A stretch of 64,000 bases of DNA, from the sequence record ON286972; one strand, 5' to 3'. How positions within the stretch are numbered: position 1 is the stretch's first letter; each line of letters starts with the position of its first letter. Below, one piece after another: positions 59,218 to 64,000 of this stretch. The stretch comes from Escherichia phage A4. The notes beneath the pieces were generated by a model. That model worked only from the letters and a program-made list of their open reading frames with translations, had not been told where the DNA came from and did no database searches. The position numbers and the translations under genes were made by a program.

Positions 59218-60621
59218 ATGTCCGATAAGAAATTTAGCGACGTAACACCACAACTCCAGAAAGAATGCCAAGACCGTTTGATTCTTGCTCGTACTTCTCT
59301 GATGTTAACTGCTCCATTCTTTGGTGTACTGGCTTCACGTCTGCGTCCAGTTGCAAACAATACATGGTGTCGTACCTTAGCAGTAGATGGTAAACATTTA
59401 TTCTATAACGTAGAATTTATCATGGGTATTCAAGACCCAAGCAAGAAAGAAGCATACGAAGAAGCAATTCGTGAGAAGCATCCTGAAGTAACTGAAGAAC
59501 AATTGAAAGAAATGACCGAAGGTTTGACTGATGAAAACCTGATTGCAGTTATCTGTCATGAAATTCTTCACTGTGCATACGATCACTTCCTTCGTCGTGG
59601 TATGCGTGACCCACAACGCTACAACCGTGCAGCAGACTACGCAATCAACCAAATTATTGTTCGTGAAAAAATTGGTAAGATTCAAAGTCAATGGTTGTAT
59701 GATAAGAAGTATGATGGTATGACCGCCGAAGAGATTTATATTCTTCTAGAAGAAGAAGATAAACAAGATCAAGATGAAGGTGAAGGACAACCACAATCTG
59801 GTAGTGGTGAAGGTGAAGGTAAATCACGCGGTACTTTTGGTGATATCCAAAATGGTAAAGGCAAAGGCACTACCATTGACCAACACGATGTACCACAAGA
59901 TGGTGAAGGTGGTGCATCTGAAGCACAAAAACGTGAATACATGGACGATTTCAAAACAGCAATGATGAATGCTGCTCGTGCAGGTGGTACTCCTGCTGAA
60001 ATCGCTCGTATGATCAATAACTTTAAAGAACCAAAAATTGACTGGCGTTCTAAACTTCAACGTACTCTTCGTAGCTGGTTGAAGTCCGATGCGACCTATC
60101 AAAGCCCAAGCCGCCGTTCGTGGGGTGCTGGTTTTGGTTCTAACGGTTCATTCTACGGGAATCCAATCTTCCCAGGTATGAAACCAGATGACGATATTGA
60201 TATTGCAATTGCACTCGATGCATCAGGCTCTATCAGTGAAGATATGCTTCGTGATTTCATCAGTGAAGTACTAGGCATCACTAAACAATTCAAGCAGTTT
60301 AAAATTCGTATCATGACATTTGATACTGAAGTTTATACTGTGATGGATTATAAAACTGGTGAAGAACGTAAGATTCTTGAATATCCAGTTAAAGGTGGTG
60401 GCGGTACTGACTTTGAAGCAGTTTGGGTTCACATGAAGCATGACAATTATAAGCCTAAACAGCTTATCATGTTTACCGATGGTGAACCGTGGCAGTCATG
60501 GGGTGATCCTAACTACTGTAAAACACTGTTTGTGATTCACAGTAACCCGAACAAAGTAGCACCATTTGGTGAAACTGTTCACTACGAATATGAAGCGGAC
60601 AAAAAACGCCAACGTTCGTAA
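59218..60621 (+). CDS. vWA-domain protein with N-terminal HExxH metallopeptidase-like motif (CobT/DUF2201-like)
   Basis: HEILH motif; MIDAS-like DASGS; start set at ATG 59218 with GAGGAAATATC upstream. Confidence 0.6.
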   Translation: MSDKKFSDVTPQLQKECQDRLILARTSLMLTAPFFGVLASRLRPVANNTWCRTLAVDGKHLFYNVEFIMGIQDPSKKEAYEEAIREKHPEVTEEQLKEMTEGLTDENLIAVICHEILHCAYDHFLRRGMRDPQRYNRAADYAINQIIVREKIGKIQSQWLYDKKYDGMTAEEIYILLEEEDKQDQDEGEGQPQSGSGEGEGKSRGTFGDIQNGKGKGTTIDQHDVPQDGEGGASEAQKREYMDDFKTAMMNAARAGGTPAEIARMINNFKEPKIDWRSKLQRTLRSWLKSDATYQSPSRRSWGAGFGSNGSFYGNPIFPGMKPDDDIDIAIALDASGSISEDMLRDFISEVLGITKQFKQFKIRIMTFDTEVYTVMDYKTGEERKILEYPVKGGGGTDFEAVWVHMKHDNYKPKQLIMFTDGEPWQSWGDPNYCKTLFVIHSNPNKVAPFGETVHYEYEADKKRQRS

Positions 60622-60641
60622 AAATAAATATAGAGAACGAT

Positions 60642-60670
60642 TCGTCGTTCTCTTTTATTTTATAATTGGG
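60642..60670 (+). terminator. rho-independent terminator
   Basis: AGAGAACG-loop-CGTTCTCT then TTTTATTTT. Confidence 0.55.
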
Positions 60671-60695
60671 ACAACCCAATTAACTATGATATAAT
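60668..60695 (+). promoter_or_regulatory. promoter (GGGACA-16-TGaTATAAT)
   Basis: AATTGGGACAA..ATGATATAAT, same architecture as 29680-29707. Confidence 0.45.
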
Positions 60696-60728
60696 GGAAA
60701 TCGTAATAACATACATGGAGAGTAATAT

Positions 60729-60971
60729 ATGAGTACTGAAAACAATGCACAAGACGAAGTAATCCTAGACCTAGTTGACCTAATCAACGCTGCTCGTATT
60801 ATGGAATCTGCGGTTGCACGTAATGCGTTTCAAGTTGATGAACTAGTGAACGTAGCACCAATTGTTTCCAAGTTCGTTAAATTTGCTGATAAAGCACTTG
60901 CTGATATCAAAGAACGTGAAGAAGCTGCTGCTCAAGCACAAGATACCGCTGGTACAGAAGGGGAAGAATAA
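60729..60971 (+). CDS. hypothetical acidic protein
   Basis: 80-aa ORF, GGAGAG upstream. Confidence 0.4.
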   Translation: MSTENNAQDEVILDLVDLINAARIMESAVARNAFQVDELVNVAPIVSKFVKFADKALADIKEREEAAAQAQDTAGTEGEE

Positions 60972-61627
60972 TGGCTGCTATTCGTCACACAGGTGTAATT
61001 CGTAATACTGGTTCTCGTGTTTTCGTTGTTTGGCGTTCACTTCCAGATGATCATGATCATTGTCTAGTTGTGTATCGTGACTCACTTCCAGAAGCATATG
61101 TATCTGCTGTAACCGATTTAGTTATGGGTCGTGGACAAGCTTCTGTTGAACTTTGGGAAGTTATGCATCAAGTAGGTTATCTCGATGGTCGTAAAATGCT
61201 AGATGTTCTTCACAATCTACAATATCTACGTAAAGTCCGTACTTGTGATATTGACATGCACACTGGCGGTAACAACAAGATTTCACTTGATGTACTGAAT
61301 GATGCAATCGACGGTAATGAAAGTAAAAAACATGAAGATGGTAAAGTAAAAGATTACAACCCATTCAATCCACAAGTTCAAGATACAAAAGTCGAAGATG
61401 AAACTATTGTTGATGAACTACTAAAAACTGCTGCAAAATATGATCAACTAGCTAAAGAGCATTATGAGCGTGCTTATAACCTAGAACCTTCTCTTCGTCC
61501 CAACGAAACGAATGTGAAAACTGATTCTGATAAGAAAGTTTTTTACATTGAACTTCCAGAAGGTATTTCTCAAACCAAAGCAATTGAGAAACTAAAACTT
61601 GTTTTTGCAGAGCGTAAGAATGGCTAA
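60971..61627 (+). CDS. hypothetical protein
   Basis: 218-aa ORF. Confidence 0.45.
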   Translation: MAAIRHTGVIRNTGSRVFVVWRSLPDDHDHCLVVYRDSLPEAYVSAVTDLVMGRGQASVELWEVMHQVGYLDGRKMLDVLHNLQYLRKVRTCDIDMHTGGNNKISLDVLNDAIDGNESKKHEDGKVKDYNPFNPQVQDTKVEDETIVDELLKTAAKYDQLAKEHYERAYNLEPSLRPNETNVKTDSDKKVFYIELPEGISQTKAIEKLKLVFAERKNG

Positions 61628-61925
61628 AGTTACTAGAGAAGATATCATTCTCAAAATAACTGAAGAAAGACAGAAACAAATAGATAATCCAAATACATTA
61701 TCTGATACACTTAAAACAAAGAATGATTGGGCTTCCTTATGTGCCTATTATCTCTTCGAAGGGGCAACTCGCCCCGATAAGCATGTATCATTCGATGAAT
61801 TTAGAGAGTCCTTAATCAAAGCTGGTGCTGTCATTTTGGCAGCCCTTGAAACCAGTTTCGCATTAGAGGATGAGAAATTACAAGAATTAATGTCTGCTTT
61901 GGAACATAAGAATGACGATAAATGA
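61620..61925 (+). CDS. hypothetical protein
   Basis: start set at ATG 61620 overlapping previous stop. Confidence 0.4.
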   Translation: MAKVTREDIILKITEERQKQIDNPNTLSDTLKTKNDWASLCAYYLFEGATRPDKHVSFDEFRESLIKAGAVILAALETSFALEDEKLQELMSALEHKNDDK

Positions 61926-62502
61926 ACTTGATGAAGCAATCAAGGGATTAACTAATACATTTTATAGCGGTGGTGCACAAGGTGCAGACCGCTTTTTCAC
62001 TTTATATGCTATGGAAAATGGTTTTAATGTAATTAACTTTTCATTCAAAAATCATAATCATAGTGTTGATGAAAGTACTATATTAGAAATCCCATCTTAT
62101 ATTTTGAATGATAGTTCTATTCTACATCAACTAAACATGGCATGTTATTCATTACAACGCCGTGTACCTAAACCTGGCTCGTATGTTTATAATCTATTAG
62201 CTCGTAATAGATATCAAATTTTAAACACAGAGAGAGTTTATTGTATGGCTTCACTTGTTTCACCTACTCAAGTTAGTGGTGGTACTGCATGGGCTGTACA
62301 AATGTATATTGACAGTACTGATAATCCTGAAATATACTGCTATGACATTAATGACAGAAAAGTATATTCATATAATCCAGTACTAAAAGAATTCGAAGAA
62401 ACCGCATCAGTACCTAAGCCGCATGGAAATTGGACGGGAATAGGCTCAAGAAATGCACAAGAAAAGCATATGATGCACTTTACAACATTTTTTCAAGGAT
62501 GA
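61912..62502 (+). CDS. Rossmann-like nucleotide-binding protein with GGAxGxD motif (SLOG/DprA-like?)
   Basis: FYSGGAQGADRF near N-terminus; assignment tentative. Confidence 0.3.
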   Translation: MTINELDEAIKGLTNTFYSGGAQGADRFFTLYAMENGFNVINFSFKNHNHSVDESTILEIPSYILNDSSILHQLNMACYSLQRRVPKPGSYVYNLLARNRYQILNTERVYCMASLVSPTQVSGGTAWAVQMYIDSTDNPEIYCYDINDRKVYSYNPVLKEFEETASVPKPHGNWTGIGSRNAQEKHMMHFTTFFQG

Positions 62503-62505
62503 ACA

Positions 62506-63435
62506 ATGAAACAACTACAAGAACTATATCAAAAAATTCTGGATGAAGGCGTAGAAAGTACTGATCGTACAGGTGTAGGTACTATCAAACTAATCGGTCA
62601 ACAAATGCGTTTTGACCTTCAACAAGGCTTTCCAGCAGTGACAACCAAACGTTTAGCTTGGAAAGCAATGACTTCAGAATTATTATGGTTCATTGAAGGT
62701 TCTCATGATGAGCGTCGCTTGTGTGAAATTCTACACGGCACTCGTGATTGGGAAAAGAAAACAATTTGGACAGACAACTACCTTAATCAAGGTGTAGCTC
62801 TTGGATATTCTAATGGTGAGCTTGGACCAGTTTATGGTAAGCAATGGCGTGAATGGGAAGATTATAAATTCAGTGCCAGTACTGTAGAAATTCAGGAATT
62901 GAAAGATAAAGGTTATAAAGTAATTGATTATACTGGTTCACATGGTGTTGTTATGCGTCGTGTTACTGACCAACTAAAACAAGTCATTGAAGGTATCAAA
63001 GCAGATCCATACGGTCGTCGTCACATTCTAAGTGCCTGGAACGTTGGTGAGCTTGATGATATGACTTTACCACCCTGTCATAGCTTCGTACAGTTTTGTG
63101 TCGTACAGGGTAAGCTAAGCTGTATTCTGCATCAACGTTCAGCAGATCTATTTTTGGGCGTACCATTTAACATTAGTAGCTATTCACTACTAACACATAT
63201 GATTGCTCAAATTACAGGTTTAGATGTTGGTGAGTTTATTTGGAATGGTGGTGATTGTCACATTTACAAAAACCACGTTGAACAAGTAAAAGAACAACTT
63301 CAACGTGAACCACGTGAATTACCAGAACTATGGCTAGATCCTTCAATTACCGATATTGAAGATTTTACAATGGATTCTTTCAAACTTTTGAATTACAATC
63401 CAATGCCAACAATTAAAGCACCAATGGCTGTATAA
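62506..63435 (+). CDS. thyA: thymidylate synthase
   Basis: ThyA-like N-terminus, active-site LPPCH, 309 aa uninterrupted. Confidence 0.8.
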   Translation: MKQLQELYQKILDEGVESTDRTGVGTIKLIGQQMRFDLQQGFPAVTTKRLAWKAMTSELLWFIEGSHDERRLCEILHGTRDWEKKTIWTDNYLNQGVALGYSNGELGPVYGKQWREWEDYKFSASTVEIQELKDKGYKVIDYTGSHGVVMRRVTDQLKQVIEGIKADPYGRRHILSAWNVGELDDMTLPPCHSFVQFCVVQGKLSCILHQRSADLFLGVPFNISSYSLLTHMIAQITGLDVGEFIWNGGDCHIYKNHVEQVKEQLQREPRELPELWLDPSITDIEDFTMDSFKLLNYNPMPTIKAPMAV

Positions 63436-63442
63436 TAGAAAA

Positions 63443-63467
63443 GGGAGACAAATGTCTCCCTTTTTTT
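63443..63467. terminator. bidirectional rho-independent terminator
   Basis: GGGAGAC-AAAT-GTCTCCC flanked by A-run upstream and T7 downstream, between convergent genes. Confidence 0.6.
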
Positions 63468-63930
63468 ATTTCACGGTTACTAATGTTCTTCCTGCAAAAC
63501 GAACATCAGGAGAAGAAGGAATACTATAAACTACACCAGTTAATGTAAACTTAACACTATCAACATCAACTTTAACAAATTCATCAGTTGTTACTTGTTC
63601 TTGAATTTCAGCATTAACTATATCAGTTTCTGGAACTGTCAGTCTGTAATATGCACCATCAAGTACCCAATTATCAACAGTGAATAATGTAGTTCTTACT
63701 GTACCAGAACCAATCGGAACCCATTTACCATCAACTTTCTGCATTGATGTTCTATTCTGTTCAGAGTACGCAATCATACCATCAACACCTTCACTGTCAT
63801 TAACAGTTGTTAGTACTGGCAATTGGATACCATAACGGTTAATACGTGTACGCAACACATTACTGTCATATACAGATAAATCCGCATAACCACGAACATC
63901 CATACGCAATTCACCGTTTAGTAGTTTCAT
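63466..63930 (-). CDS. hypothetical protein (only clear minus-strand gene; N-terminus may extend)
   Basis: 154-aa ORF convergent with thyA, ends at the shared terminator. Confidence 0.45.
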   Translation of the reverse strand: MKLLNGELRMDVRGYADLSVYDSNVLRTRINRYGIQLPVLTTVNDSEGVDGMIAYSEQNRTSMQKVDGKWVPIGSGTVRTTLFTVDNWVLDGAYYRLTVPETDIVNAEIQEQVTTDEFVKVDVDSVKFTLTGVVYSIPSSPDVRFAGRTLVTVK

Positions 63931-64000
63931 ATTAATATCGTTGGTAACGTGTGCAAATCTAAATGAATTACCACTGGTTAGCAGGATTCCATTAAAATTA

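Overview
This window reads as part of a large, AT-rich, virulent contractile-tailed phage genome infecting a Gram-negative (probably enterobacterial) host. All calls rest on reading the sequence and ORF track by eye; no searches were run. Nearly every gene is on the + strand and tightly packed, with many ATGA/overlapping junctions, sigma70-like promoters and hairpin/T-run terminators. Recognisable content: anaerobic ribonucleotide reductase cluster (nrdD, a GrcA/YfiD-like glycyl-radical protein, nrdG), thymidylate synthase, thymidine kinase, PhoH-like ATPase, CCA-adding enzyme, glutaredoxin, three tail-fibre genes, tail sheath and duplicated tail-tube-like genes, endolysin and a spanin pair, and an AAA+/vWA gene pair behind tandem consensus promoters. 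Most notable: (1) the palindrome CAGTACTG (often TTCAGTACTGAA) recurs far above chance throughout coding and non-coding DNA; (2) a ~540-nt non-coding island (29.7-30.3 kb) has its own promoter and terminator, a candidate structured ncRNA; (3) a scattered NAD/ADP-ribose toolkit (Sir2, two Nudix, macro-like, SLOG-like) plus HslV-like peptidase, 2H-phosphoesterase, ACP-like and nucleotidyltransferase proteins. No tRNA, rRNA or CRISPR array was found.
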